Shown: in pieces, positions 38,024-47,770 of the stretch
How positions within the stretch are numbered: the first letter of the stretch is position 1
Layout: each line of letters opens with the position of its first letter
Made by a program: the position numbers and the translations under genes
Notes under the pieces: model-generated
What the model saw: the letters and a program-made list of their open reading frames with translations, nothing else
Database searches by the model: none
What the model was told of the DNA's origin: nothing
Assembly: GCA_002011035.2 (NCBI GenBank)
Contig: MTLY02000002.1
Location: 1-64,000, forward strand
Source of the DNA: Candidatus Hecatella orcuttiae
GTDB taxonomy: Archaea; Thermoproteota; Bathyarchaeia; Hecatellales; Hecatellaceae
Length of the DNA stretch: 64,000 bases
Reading direction: 5' to 3'

Positions 38024-40093
38024 TCACCCCATCACTGTTAAGGCCAAGAGGAGGAAGAACACCACGAAGCCGAGGATGATCCCCTCCACATTGTGGGTGA
38101 GAATTCCAGAGTGAGTTTTTCTGAAGCTGTTGGAGAAGCCGGCTGTGGCGTTGGCTAAAACGTAGTTGAACCGGTCGATGACCCCCAGCTCTATTTTCTT
38201 CAACGCCCACATGCACCCTCCGATCATCGGGTAGACGATAGCCTTGTAGAAGAAACGGTTAATGTACCACCTGTTCAACACAAACTGCCTCAACACCGCC
38301 AGCAAACCGTAGCGTTGAAGAAACACCGAAGGCTCCAGCTTCCGCTTTACATAGAGGAAGTAGGCGGGAAGAGCTCCGGCCAGAAGCATGGCCACTGATA
38401 TGCCGGCGGTCACCCAAACAGCTAGCTCATGGGGGAACCCATGAACAGCCACAGCCTCCGAATGGCCTCCGCCTGCGGGGAGAAGCTCTCCCAGATATTC
38501 GTGGAAGACCCCTTCAAACCATCCTTTGACGAAGGGACCCATGACCCCGAAGGCTAGAGTGCCGATGACCAAGGCCAAGAAAGGAATCCACATGACCTTA
38601 GGCGCCTCGTGGACATGGTGGCCGTGGCGTTCTTGCTCCGCGAGGTGGGAGCTCTTAGGGCCGAAGAAGGTTAAACCCAGCATCCTAACGCTGTAGAAGC
38701 TGGTCACGGCCACGGTCACCGCTCCTAGGGCGAAGATCCAATACTGCCCCGCCAGCAGAGGGGCCTCCAGAACCATGTCCTTACTCCAGAAGCCGCTGAA
38801 GAGAAGGGGCACCCCCATGAGGGAAAAGGCGGCTAGGGACATGCACCAGAAGGTAATGGGCATGTACCGCCTGATGCCTCCCATGTGGGTCATAAACCGG
38901 GACTCGCAGGTGTGGATGACGGCCCCCGCGGTGAGAAAGAGGGCTGCCTTAAACATGGCATGACTCATGAGGTGGAAGACTCCGCCCACGTAGCCGACGA
39001 GAAACTCCGCAGTGGAGCCGGCTATGCCCAAGGCCAGCATCATGTAGCCCAGCTGGCTGACCGTGGAGTAGGCCAGCACCTTCTTTATCTCGCTGGAAAC
39101 CATGCCTTGGCTGCCTGCCACAAAGGCGGTGATAGCTCCAACCCAGGCGATGACGTAGAAAAAGGTGATAAGCTCGTTAGCTGCTCCCCCATGCCACACA
39201 GCGGTGTAGAACATGGGGAAAACCCGCCCTACCAAGTAGACACCGGCATTGACCATGGTCGCGGCGTGGATGAGAGCGCTGACCGTGGTAGGCCCTGCCA
39301 TGGCGTCGGGAAGCCACTCCATCAGGGGGAGCTGCGCTGACTTCCCAATAGGGCCTCCGAAGAGGAGGATGGCAGCGGGGATCAGGACGGCTAGGGGCAC
39401 TCGTAGGATGGCGCCTCCCTGAAGCTCCACGAAGTTGAGGGTGCCGGCGAAGGCTAGGAGGAGGAAGGCTCCGAGGAGGAAGAAGAGGTCGCCCATTCTC
39501 GTCGTGATGAAGGCCTTCATGCCGCAGTGGGAGGGCGGGTAGGCTTCAGGGCCTTCCCCAACCCAGCATTTAAGCCAGTCCTCCTTGGAGTCGCGGTGCC
39601 AGAACCCTATGAGGGCGTAGCTGCACAGGCCGACGCCCTCCCAGCCGAAGAGAAGCTGGATGATGTTGTCGGACATCACCAGCAGAAGCATGCTGCCGAT
39701 GAAGAAGTTCATGAAAAACCAGTAGCGAGTCAGGCTGGGGTCGCCGTGCATGTAGCCGAGGGAGTAAACCATGATGAGGAAGCCTATCACCGCGACCACG
39801 TTGGCCATGATGATGCTGAGGGGGTCGACGATGACCCCGGCCATCAGCCGGCTTAAAACCGGAGCGCCCTCCATGACCACCCAGAGAACCTGGTTGTGGA
39901 AGTACTTCCCTTCCCAAAGGTAGGGGATGAGGCTGAGGGTCATAACCATGGCGAGGAAAGAGAAAACAATCGCACCGTAGTCCCTGACTTTGGAGTGAAC
40001 CTTGGCCAACAGAGGAGTTAACACAGCTCCCAGCATGGGGAAAATCCAGCTGAGCCAAGCCGGCCAAACGAAGATTTCGGTGATGTACTCCAT
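38024..40093 (-). CDS. nuoL: Complex I-like subunit L
   Basis: Motifs GWEGVGLCSY, GKSAQLP..WLPDAMAGPTTVSALIHAAT, FWSKD. Confidence 0.95.
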   Translation of the reverse strand: MEYITEIFVWPAWLSWIFPMLGAVLTPLLAKVHSKVRDYGAIVFSFLAMVMTLSLIPYLWEGKYFHNQVLWVVMEGAPVLSRLMAGVIVDPLSIIMANVVAVIGFLIMVYSLGYMHGDPSLTRYWFFMNFFIGSMLLLVMSDNIIQLLFGWEGVGLCSYALIGFWHRDSKEDWLKCWVGEGPEAYPPSHCGMKAFITTRMGDLFFLLGAFLLLAFAGTLNFVELQGGAILRVPLAVLIPAAILLFGGPIGKSAQLPLMEWLPDAMAGPTTVSALIHAATMVNAGVYLVGRVFPMFYTAVWHGGAANELITFFYVIAWVGAITAFVAGSQGMVSSEIKKVLAYSTVSQLGYMMLALGIAGSTAEFLVGYVGGVFHLMSHAMFKAALFLTAGAVIHTCESRFMTHMGGIRRYMPITFWCMSLAAFSLMGVPLLFSGFWSKDMVLEAPLLAGQYWIFALGAVTVAVTSFYSVRMLGLTFFGPKSSHLAEQERHGHHVHEAPKVMWIPFLALVIGTLAFGVMGPFVKGWFEGVFHEYLGELLPAGGGHSEAVAVHGFPHELAVWVTAGISVAMLLAGALPAYFLYVKRKLEPSVFLQRYGLLAVLRQFVLNRWYINRFFYKAIVYPMIGGCMWALKKIELGVIDRFNYVLANATAGFSNSFRKTHSGILTHNVEGIILGFVVFFLLLALTVMG

Positions 40094-40097
40094 ACCT

Positions 40098-41645
40098 TCA
40101 CCCTCCTATCAAAGCATGGGCGGCGCTGTCCGCCAGCTGAATTACAAGGTCAGGCCATATGCCCACCACCACGCAGGCAGCCGCCAGCAGCACGATGGGT
40201 AAAACCATGGTTCCCGGGGCTTCCCTAGCGCCCTCCGCCCTCGTCTTGGGCTTCCGAAACATCACCCTCTGCATGACCCAAAGGTAATAGGCTGCTGCGA
40301 AGACGCTGTTAACCACCACGGCGATGGTCACCCCCACCATGAAAGGGTCCTTGGCCATGTTGAAGCCTGCGAGGATGATGAACAGCTTACTCCAGAAGCC
40401 GCTGAGGGGAGGAACCCCCGCCAAAGTCAGAAGCCCAACGGAGAAAGACGCCCCAGTCCAAGGCATCTTTTTCCCTATCCCCTCCAACTCCGCTAGGTCC
40501 CTGGTCTTGGCTTCGTGGATGAAGCAACCGGAGCAGAGGAAGAGGAGGCCCTTTCCCACAGCGTGGTTGAACACGTGGAACAGCGCCCCCATGATGGCTA
40601 GGCCTGCCACCACCAAGGCGATTTCAGGGGCTGTGGAATAATAATGGGTGAGGGCGTAGGCTCCGATGCCGGCTCCGGTGAGGATGTAGCCGATGTTGAC
40701 GATGCTGGAGTAGGCCAGCAGCCTCTTGATGTCCCTCTGCAGCAGAGCCATGATGTTGGCCACGGTCATGGTGAGGATGCCGAAGAGCATCAGCACCGTT
40801 CCGAAATCGAAGACCAAAGGTGTAAAGGCCACGAACAAAACTCTGTAGATGGCGTAAACACCTACCTTGATGACTACCCCCGACAGCATGGCGCTGATGG
40901 AAGCCGGAGCAGCTGGGTGAGCGTCTGGAAGCCATGTGTGGAAGGGAACCACCGAAGCCGTCACTCCGAAGCCGCAGACGATCATAGTGACCAAAAAGAA
41001 CATGGTGAGAGTGGAAGGACCTGCTTCCTGAAGACCTTGGGCTAGGGCCTCGAAGTTGAGGGTGCCTGTTATGCCGTAGAGAAAGGACATGGCGTAGAGG
41101 AAGAGGAGGGAGCCGAAGGTGCTCATCACCAAGTATTTGAAGCTGGCTTCTATGGGCTCCCACCGGTGCTTCCGGAAGGCTACGAGGACGTAGGCGGAGA
41201 GGGACATAGTCTCCCAGAAGATGAAAAGGTTGAAGAAATCACCCGCGAAAGCCACTCCGATCATGCCAGCCACCATGGCCAAGAGCAAAGCGTAGTACTT
41301 GTCCAAGCCTGAATCCTTCTCCATGTATCGCAGAGAGTAAACAGCCACCATCAGACCCACCCCCACGTAGACGTAAGCCATGTACACGCTTAGAGAATCC
41401 ACAAAGTAGGTGACCCCGAAAGGCGGCCCGTAGGCTTCTAGGTGGTAGACAGCGAAGCCTTCCTCTGAAGCCTTGACCAAAAGGTCCAGCTTAAAAACAT
41501 AGTACAGGGTGGCGGCGAAGGCTCCTATGGAGAAAAGGTCCCTTGCCTTCTCAAACCCGACGGCTTTCCCCAACGCTGTAACAAGCGGCGTTAGAATAGC
41601 TGCGAAGAGAAGAGTCAACACAGGCATCAAGACGAGTAAAGACAC
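40098..41645 (-). CDS. Proton-pumping antiporter-like subunit (NuoN position, MrpD-like)
   Basis: Motifs DFFNLFIFWE, PFHTWLPDAHPAAP, KRLLAYSS, FNHAVGK. Confidence 0.85.
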   Translation of the reverse strand: MSLLVLMPVLTLLFAAILTPLVTALGKAVGFEKARDLFSIGAFAATLYYVFKLDLLVKASEEGFAVYHLEAYGPPFGVTYFVDSLSVYMAYVYVGVGLMVAVYSLRYMEKDSGLDKYYALLLAMVAGMIGVAFAGDFFNLFIFWETMSLSAYVLVAFRKHRWEPIEASFKYLVMSTFGSLLFLYAMSFLYGITGTLNFEALAQGLQEAGPSTLTMFFLVTMIVCGFGVTASVVPFHTWLPDAHPAAPASISAMLSGVVIKVGVYAIYRVLFVAFTPLVFDFGTVLMLFGILTMTVANIMALLQRDIKRLLAYSSIVNIGYILTGAGIGAYALTHYYSTAPEIALVVAGLAIMGALFHVFNHAVGKGLLFLCSGCFIHEAKTRDLAELEGIGKKMPWTGASFSVGLLTLAGVPPLSGFWSKLFIILAGFNMAKDPFMVGVTIAVVVNSVFAAAYYLWVMQRVMFRKPKTRAEGAREAPGTMVLPIVLLAAACVVVGIWPDLVIQLADSAAHALIGG

Positions 41646-41648
41646 AGC

Positions 41649-41969
41649 TTACCACCTCAGCCTCCTCAGTCTTCTGACATCCAAGGTTGCATAATGGCGG
41701 TGGGCGTTGATGACCAGCAGCAGGGCTAAGGTAGCTATGGCCGCCGCAATGACGATGGAGACGATGACCACGCTCTGGGCTAAAGCCTCCACGGCCAGGG
41801 TGGGAGAAAGCTCCGAGCCCAAAGCCACAAAGTTCAGGTGAACAGCTGAGGTTAGAATTTCCACTCCGATGACGATTTTGATCATGTTCCTTTTCACAGC
41901 GATGCAGTAGGCTCCGAGGATGAAAAGGATGGCAGCCGCGGCCAAGTACCAACTCGTTTCTAGGCTCAT
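41649..41969 (-). CDS. nuoK: Complex I-like subunit K
   Basis: 3 TM helices; KRNMIKIVIGVEI; C-terminal LRRLRW. Confidence 0.88.
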   Translation of the reverse strand: MSLETSWYLAAAAILFILGAYCIAVKRNMIKIVIGVEILTSAVHLNFVALGSELSPTLAVEALAQSVVIVSIVIAAAIATLALLLVINAHRHYATLDVRRLRRLRW

Positions 41970-41972
41970 AGG

Positions 41973-42272
41973 CTATTCTTCCTCCTCTTCGGAGATTTCT
42001 TCCTCCACGCCCTCCACGAAGACCTCCTCCTCCGGACCTGCCTCTTCAGTTCTGAAGAGAGCAGCGGCTCCGACGATGGTGACAAAGACCGTCAGAAACA
42101 GGAAGAGGATGTCGAACTCCCGGTAGGTCCAAAGCCAAAGTTGCTCTGGGAGGGGAGAAGGAGGTAGGGTAGGATTGGGGATGATGAAGTAGGAGCCCAT
42201 AAAACTGGCTATGATGACGGTGAAAGCAAGTAGAACGGCTAATCCCACTATCCTACCTGCAAGCGAGTTCAT
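41973..42272 (-). CDS. NuoJ C-terminal half (split J)
   Basis: LWTYREFD...TIVGAAAL; lies between nuoJ-N and nuoK. Confidence 0.7.
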   Translation of the reverse strand: MNSLAGRIVGLAVLLAFTVIIASFMGSYFIIPNPTLPPSPLPEQLWLWTYREFDILFLFLTVFVTIVGAAALFRTEEAGPEEEVFVEGVEEEISEEEEE

Positions 42273-42276
42273 CTTT

Positions 42277-42519
42277 TCACAACTTCTTGACGGTGTGGAA
42301 GGTTACCAGCAACAGGACGACAACGGCTCCCACGTAGATGAGAACCTGCACAGCCGCCACGTAGGGCGCGCCCAAAAGGAAGAAAGCCACAGCCAAAAGG
42401 ATGCTCATGAAAAAGAAGGAAGCAATGGCCTTGGGTATGTTTCGGAACTCAACAGCTAGAAAAGCGCAGCCGATTGTGAGGAGGATGACGGCCATTTCAA
42501 GAAGAGCCAGCGGTTCCAA
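42277..42519 (-). CDS. nuoJ: NuoJ N-terminal half
   Basis: LGAPYVAAVQVLIYVGAVVVL; TTG 42519 follows a GGTG RBS. Confidence 0.85.
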   Translation of the reverse strand: MEPLALLEMAVILLTIGCAFLAVEFRNIPKAIASFFFMSILLAVAFFLLGAPYVAAVQVLIYVGAVVVLLLVTFHTVKKL

Positions 42520-42719
42520 TCTTACACCACAAAGCCTTCGTTTGAAATGTTTTTTATCTAAAAGGAGATGAAGATATAAATTCTTCGCTCCCTTTTTCGG
42601 GAAAATGCAGGCGTATATACAGTTCAAAAGATGTTTACTTTCAAAATTAAAGGATAAACCATAAATGCGACATTAATGTACTATTTTCTCGAGAACAAAC
42701 AAAGGAAAAGGGAAGAGCA

Positions 42720-43082
42720 GTGGCAGACCTTCTGGGCCTAGTGGTGTACATTGTCATCATGCTCCTGTTTCCCATAGGCCTAGTGCTGTCCGGAAAGATA
42801 TTCGGCCCGTCCAATCCCAGTCCCACCAAGAACTTGGCCTTTGAATGTGGACAGGTTCCTCTTGGAGACCCTCGGATAACCTTCAACATTCGATACTATC
42901 CTTACGCCATGATCTACGCGGTCTTCGGGGCCATAGCTATCTTTCTCCTCCTCACCGCCCCTGCCATCATCAGGTTGGGAGGCGAGGTTTCAACTTTCAT
43001 TTCCATCTCTCTCGCTGTGGTGATCCTCGCCTTGGTCAGCGCTGTGACTTCTCTCCGTTCGGCTAGGAGGAGGTTGAGGTGA
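42720..43082 (+). CDS. nuoA: Complex I-like subunit A
   Basis: K..AFECG..P.G..RI.F..RYY. Confidence 0.9.
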   Translation: MADLLGLVVYIVIMLLFPIGLVLSGKIFGPSNPSPTKNLAFECGQVPLGDPRITFNIRYYPYAMIYAVFGAIAIFLLLTAPAIIRLGGEVSTFISISLAVVILALVSAVTSLRSARRRLR

Positions 43083-43549
43083 CCCTAAGCCCTGTGGCTA
43101 AGGCTAAGGAAACATACACCCTCCTGAAGGATAAAATCCTCAACTGGGGTCGAGCTTGGTCTCTGTGGTCTGTTCACCTTTGCACAGGCTGCTGCAGCCC
43201 TGAGCTGATGGCTGTTTCGTGTTCCCGGTTCGACGCGGAAAGGTTCGGCACTCTGCCCTTCCCTTCTTTAAGGCAGTGTGACCTTCTCTTCGTGTTGGGT
43301 GTGGTTAGCGAGAAAATGGCGAAAAGGGTTAAATTGATCTACGATCAAATGCCTGACCCGAAATATGTCATAGCCTTAGGGGACTGCGCCATCTCCGGAG
43401 GCTTGTGGTGGGACTCCTACTGCGTCGTTCAGGGGATCGATAAGGTGGTCCCTGTGGACGTCTATGTGCCGGGATGCCCCCCAAGGCCGGAAGCCTTCAT
43501 CCAAGGCATTATGATGTTGCAGAAGAAGATCCAAGGGAAAGAAGTTTGA
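43079..43549 (+). CDS. nuoB: Complex I-like subunit B
   Basis: Motifs GCCSPE, FDAERFG, QMPDPKYV, GDCA, PGCPPRPE. Confidence 0.95.
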   Translation: MTLSPVAKAKETYTLLKDKILNWGRAWSLWSVHLCTGCCSPELMAVSCSRFDAERFGTLPFPSLRQCDLLFVLGVVSEKMAKRVKLIYDQMPDPKYVIALGDCAISGGLWWDSYCVVQGIDKVVPVDVYVPGCPPRPEAFIQGIMMLQKKIQGKEV

Positions 43550-44025
43550 GCGAGGCTGCTGAAAAAGCTGAAGCCATGGTTACTGAGGATGTTAAATCTA
43601 AATTTGGTGATGCTGTTCTCCAAGCTGAAGTCCAGCGGAAAGGCAGAATAAGCATAAAAGTCAATAAAGACCGCCTAGCAGATGTCGCCAGATACCTGAA
43701 GGATAGCTACAACTTTGACCATCTGGCCTCTGTTTCCGGAACCGACTACCCTGACCGGAAGGAGTTCGAAGTCGTCTACCATGTCTGGTCCATTCCCCGG
43801 AAGATTCTGGCAGCCTTAAGAGTTTCCCTGCCCAGAGAAGACCCTCAACTGGACACGCTTATCCCTGTTTGGGAAGCTGCCAATCTTCATGAGAGGGAAA
43901 CCCATGAAATGTTGGGGATAAACTTCGCCGGTCACCCCAACCTTTCCGGGCTATTGCTTCCGGAGGACTGGAAGCAGATGCCTCCCCTGAGAAAAGACTT
44001 CAAACTACCGTCCAAGCCGAGGTAG
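43546..44025 (+). CDS. nuoC: Complex I-like subunit C
   Basis: Motifs GTDYP, ERETHEMLGINFAGHP, PLRKDF; TTG overlaps the nuoB stop. Confidence 0.92.
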   Translation: MSEAAEKAEAMVTEDVKSKFGDAVLQAEVQRKGRISIKVNKDRLADVARYLKDSYNFDHLASVSGTDYPDRKEFEVVYHVWSIPRKILAALRVSLPREDPQLDTLIPVWEAANLHERETHEMLGINFAGHPNLSGLLLPEDWKQMPPLRKDFKLPSKPR

Positions 44026-44035
44026 GTGTGGCTCT

Positions 44036-45115
44036 ATGCCTGTCATGCGTGTGAAATTCGGTCCTCAGCACCCTATCAGCGGCCACCTTTGCCTTGCCCT
44101 TGACGTTGACGGGGATGTTGTGGTCAACATTGAGCCTGACATCGGTTACACGCATCGGGGATTGGAGAAGATAGCTGAAAACCGCAACTACGTTCAAGCG
44201 GTTCCCCCATTGGAGAGAGCTAACATCGTTGACTCGGTCCACATGGTTTTAGGCTATGTGGAGGCGGTGGAGGAGCTCATGGGGGTGGAGGTGCCGGAGA
44301 GGGCGAAGTTCATCCGGGTCATCATGGCTGAGATGAGCAGAATAGCCAGCCACCTCTACTGGCTTTGTTTGATGGCGGTGGCTGTGGGTTTGGAAACAAT
44401 GCTCATGTGGCCCATTAACGACAGGGAACTGCTCCTAGACCTCTTCGAGATGTATACGGGGGCGAGGATAACTCACTCTTTCTTCATCCCCGGAGGGGTT
44501 CGGCGGGACCTTCCTCAAGGCTTTAAAGAGCAAACCTTCAGAGCGCTGAGCTATCTGGAGCAACGGCTGGGCGATTATGACCGAATGCTTTACCAAAGCT
44601 ACACTTTCAAAATAAGGACCCAAGGAGTTGGGAAGCTTAAACCTCAAGAAGCCATAAAGCTGGGGTTGGTTGGCCCTTCTATCAGAGGGTCGGGGGTGAA
44701 GGTGGATGTGCGAAAAGATGAACCTTATGCTGCGTATGACCAGCTGGAGTTCACCGTGCCCACGGGGAAGGTGGGAGACTCCTACGACAGGTCTGTGGTG
44801 AGGCTTAGGGAAATGGAGCAGAGCATCTCCCTCATCCGCCAAGCGCTGGAGAGGCTTCCCAGCGGGCCCATTAAGGCTCCTGCCCCTTCCTCCGCTCCGA
44901 AAGGGGAAACTTATAGCAGAGTGGAGTCGGCTCGGGGGGAGTTGGGCTACTATCTGGTGGGGGACGGAACCACCCGGCCTTACCGTTTGAAGATAAGCAG
45001 TCCCTCTTTTAGAAACCTCCCTGCCATGGGTTATCTATCTAAAAATGTCCCCTTCGCGGACATACCCGTTATACTGTGGAGTCTAGACCTCTGGCCGTTG
45101 GACATGGATAGGTGA
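44036..45115 (+). CDS. nuoD: Complex I-like subunit D (no NiFe ligands)
   Basis: Motifs FGPQHP, GYTHRGLEK, ESARGE, C-terminal DMDR; both CxxC motifs of group 4 hydrogenases are absent. Confidence 0.93.
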   Translation: MPVMRVKFGPQHPISGHLCLALDVDGDVVVNIEPDIGYTHRGLEKIAENRNYVQAVPPLERANIVDSVHMVLGYVEAVEELMGVEVPERAKFIRVIMAEMSRIASHLYWLCLMAVAVGLETMLMWPINDRELLLDLFEMYTGARITHSFFIPGGVRRDLPQGFKEQTFRALSYLEQRLGDYDRMLYQSYTFKIRTQGVGKLKPQEAIKLGLVGPSIRGSGVKVDVRKDEPYAAYDQLEFTVPTGKVGDSYDRSVVRLREMEQSISLIRQALERLPSGPIKAPAPSSAPKGETYSRVESARGELGYYLVGDGTTRPYRLKISSPSFRNLPAMGYLSKNVPFADIPVILWSLDLWPLDMDR

Positions 45116-45121
45116 AAAAGC

Positions 45122-46207
45122 TTGGTGGGGTTGGAGTCTCTGACGTTGCAGCTGTGGCAGCTCTGGCAGAGCGGCTACCTGACGGAGCTCTTCATCAAAG
45201 TCATCATCTTCCCAGGCTTAGTCCACATATCCCTTGTCGTGCTACTGGCTGTGTGGTTTGAGAGAAAAGTAAACGCGAGAATCCATCTTCGAGTAGGACC
45301 CTACCATGTAGGCCCGGTGATGGGCTTTTTCCAGCCTATCGCCGACTTCGTTAAACTGATAGGAAAGGAGCTCATCGTCCCTGAGAAAGCTCATAAGCTC
45401 CTTTACAAGACGGCGCCCATCTCCGCTCTAGCTCTTTCCACGTTGAGCTTCGCTTTCATTCCCTTCGGGGTCATCGGCTCGGAGATGAGTTTACCGTTCA
45501 TTCCCTTCCACCTAAGCCCCGGAGAATACTGGGTTGTCTACTACTCGAACATCAGCCTCCTCATCGTCATCCTGCTCTTCAGCGTGCGCCCTTTCATCAT
45601 CATAGCAGCCGGCTGGGCATGCCGGAGTAAATACTGCACCGTAGGCGCCCTTCGTACAGCTTTTCAGCTTCTCGCCTATGAAGTTCCCCTTCTAGTGGCC
45701 ATCGTCGGCGTCGTCATGGTGGCCGGGTCCTTCGACCTTGTGGCCATAATAGAAAGCCAGTCCTCCATTTGGCATGGAGTCTTTCAGCCTCTCGGCCTCG
45801 CTGTCTTCTTCGTCGCCATGATGGCGGAAGTGTCCCGGAGACCCTTCGACCTACCCCACGCTGAACAGGAATTGGTCTACGGCTGGGCTACGGAGTATCC
45901 CGGCGTCCTCTACGGATGCTTCATGATGGCGGAATACGTTGACCTGTATCTGGGGGCGGTGCTGATGACAGCTCTTTTCTTGGGAGGATGGCTAGGCCCA
46001 GCTTTCCTGCCGCCCATCGCGTGGTTTCTGCTGAAGGCTGGGATCATCGTCTGCATCGTCACCCTCCTCCGAGGAGTGTTCCCCCGGGTGAGAATAGACC
46101 AGCTTCTGGACGCAGGTTGGACGTATCTGATACCTCTGGCTCTTATCCAGGTGCTGATCATCCTAGGCCTCGCTCATGTGGCACCAGGCCTGCTGGGTTT
46201 GGCGTAA
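45122..46207 (+). CDS. nuoH: Complex I-like subunit H
   Basis: Motifs WFERK, RVGP, QPIADFVKL..KE, RRPFDLPHAEQE, PRVRIDQ. Confidence 0.95.
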   Translation: MVGLESLTLQLWQLWQSGYLTELFIKVIIFPGLVHISLVVLLAVWFERKVNARIHLRVGPYHVGPVMGFFQPIADFVKLIGKELIVPEKAHKLLYKTAPISALALSTLSFAFIPFGVIGSEMSLPFIPFHLSPGEYWVVYYSNISLLIVILLFSVRPFIIIAAGWACRSKYCTVGALRTAFQLLAYEVPLLVAIVGVVMVAGSFDLVAIIESQSSIWHGVFQPLGLAVFFVAMMAEVSRRPFDLPHAEQELVYGWATEYPGVLYGCFMMAEYVDLYLGAVLMTALFLGGWLGPAFLPPIAWFLLKAGIIVCIVTLLRGVFPRVRIDQLLDAGWTYLIPLALIQVLIILGLAHVAPGLLGLA

Positions 46208-46233
46208 AATGGAAAAAGTAAGGTGAAAAGAAA

Positions 46234-46680
46234 ATGTCTTCCATCGTAAAGCCGTTGAAAGTTGTGCTGGAACATTTCCCAAAAAGAACCTTTACGGTCT
46301 TTCATCCCTATGAAGCTCTAAAGCTACCGGAAAGGTCTCGTGGCGGCATCCAGCTGGACATGGAAAAGTGCACTGGCTGCGGTGTATGCGCCTACATCTG
46401 CCCTAATGTAGCCATAGAACTGGTCACCAGAGGAGAGAAGAGATACCCCAAACTGGATTATGGAAGATGCTGCTTCTGCGCTCTTTGTGTGGACTACTGC
46501 CCTAGGAAGGCGCTGAAAACCACACCGGTACATGAGCTGGCGGAGTTCAGCAGAGCGGAGCTGGAATATCCCCCTGAACGCCTCGCTCAACCTCCGCAGA
46601 TAACCAAACCTAAGCCCGCCCCTCGCCGAAAAATTGTTTCCATAAAAAAGATCGACCAAAGGGGAGTTTCACACCACTAA
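46234..46680 (+). CDS. nuoI: Complex I-like subunit I (2x[4Fe-4S])
   Basis: Motifs CTGCGVCAYICP and CCFCALCVDYCP. Confidence 0.93.
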   Translation: MSSIVKPLKVVLEHFPKRTFTVFHPYEALKLPERSRGGIQLDMEKCTGCGVCAYICPNVAIELVTRGEKRYPKLDYGRCCFCALCVDYCPRKALKTTPVHELAEFSRAELEYPPERLAQPPQITKPKPAPRRKIVSIKKIDQRGVSHH

Positions 46681-46829
46681 GCTGGGAAAACGCCCGCGGA
46701 TACTCGGCTGCACCTTCTCGAGTTAAAGTTGATTTTTCCGTGAAAACTTAAACTATAATAACCTCTCTTTCTCTATGTCGGTAGAAAGGGAAGTTTCAGG
46801 TTGAATGCCTAAAGGAGAAGATTTTTCCC

Positions 46830-47165
46830 ATGGGCAGTATTTCCATCATCTGCAAGGTTAACGCCATCCATCCCTCCGCTGCACCTTTCGGAGGGGAGTT
46901 CGTCTGCGTGGAGTTCGCGGTGGAGGCTCAGAAGCCTCCCAGCTTCATTCAGATACCTAAGGATATTCCCCAGGAGGTTTCAGCCGTCATGCCCATTCTC
47001 ACCCAACTGCCGAAGATGCTTCCTCAAGTTAAGCCCTACAACAACAGGCTGGTTCTCTACCTGACTCCTCAAGAATGGGAAAAATTACCCAGAAAATATC
47101 AGTATGGGGATGAGGTGGAGATCAAAATTAACCCCGACGGCTCTATTCATGTCTCCCTCATATAA
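46830..47165 (+). CDS. Hypothetical protein, possibly arcadin-1-like
   Basis: VCVEF...LYLTPQEWEKL...GDEVEI pattern, recalled by eye from arcadin-1-like proteins. Confidence 0.45.
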   Translation: MGSISIICKVNAIHPSAAPFGGEFVCVEFAVEAQKPPSFIQIPKDIPQEVSAVMPILTQLPKMLPQVKPYNNRLVLYLTPQEWEKLPRKYQYGDEVEIKINPDGSIHVSLI

Positions 47166-47178
47166 GCAGAAGGGGCTG

Positions 47179-47646
47179 TTAAGGCTTTTTTACGACATAA
47201 AAATATATGGTGTGCTGACCTAAGGTTTCTACCTTTTCAGGCTTCCACCCTACTATTTCGTAGTCGTGGGAGACAACCCTAACCCCGTTTCCCAGCTCCT
47301 TCTCCAGTTTAGGTCTGAGGCGCTCGTTGGCGGAAGTTGTCAGAAAGAGGGTCACCACGTCGGCGTCGACTATGGGTGTCTGGTAGAGGTCTCCACGGAT
47401 CACCGTAATCCGGTCCTCTAAACCGGCTTTCTTTATTTCCTCCATGGAGTTTTTGGCTAGGTCCTCTCTAGCCTCCACTCCGACGGCTTTTTTGGCTTTA
47501 AATTCCTGAACGGCTGTTATCAGTATTCTTCCATCCCCAGAGCCTAGGTCGTAGACGACTTCCCCCTCCCGAACTTGAGCTATCTCCAACATTTTCCTGA
47601 CAACTTCGGGTGGGGAGGAAATAAAGGGAACGTAGGCCAATTCCAA
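47179..47646 (-). CDS. Class I SAM methyltransferase (archaeal protein-lysine MTase-like)
   Basis: Motifs VPFISSP, YDLGSGDGRI, ADVVTLFL, RVVSHD. Confidence 0.85.
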   Translation of the reverse strand: MELAYVPFISSPPEVVRKMLEIAQVREGEVVYDLGSGDGRILITAVQEFKAKKAVGVEAREDLAKNSMEEIKKAGLEDRITVIRGDLYQTPIVDADVVTLFLTTSANERLRPKLEKELGNGVRVVSHDYEIVGWKPEKVETLGQHTIYFYVVKKP

Positions 47647-47770
47647 GGGGCCTCCTGTTTTATTATTGATGATAAACCAGACAGGCCTCCGATATTAAGG
47701 TTTCTTGTATCCAGAACAACTCCCATCCCTGAGAGGAATAGATATAAGTAACGGAAGCCTTTCTCGTGGT

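Noticed and set aside
44036-45115. Group 4 [NiFe] hydrogenase large subunit
   Set aside because: Neither the N-terminal RxCxxC nor the C-terminal DPCxxC is present.
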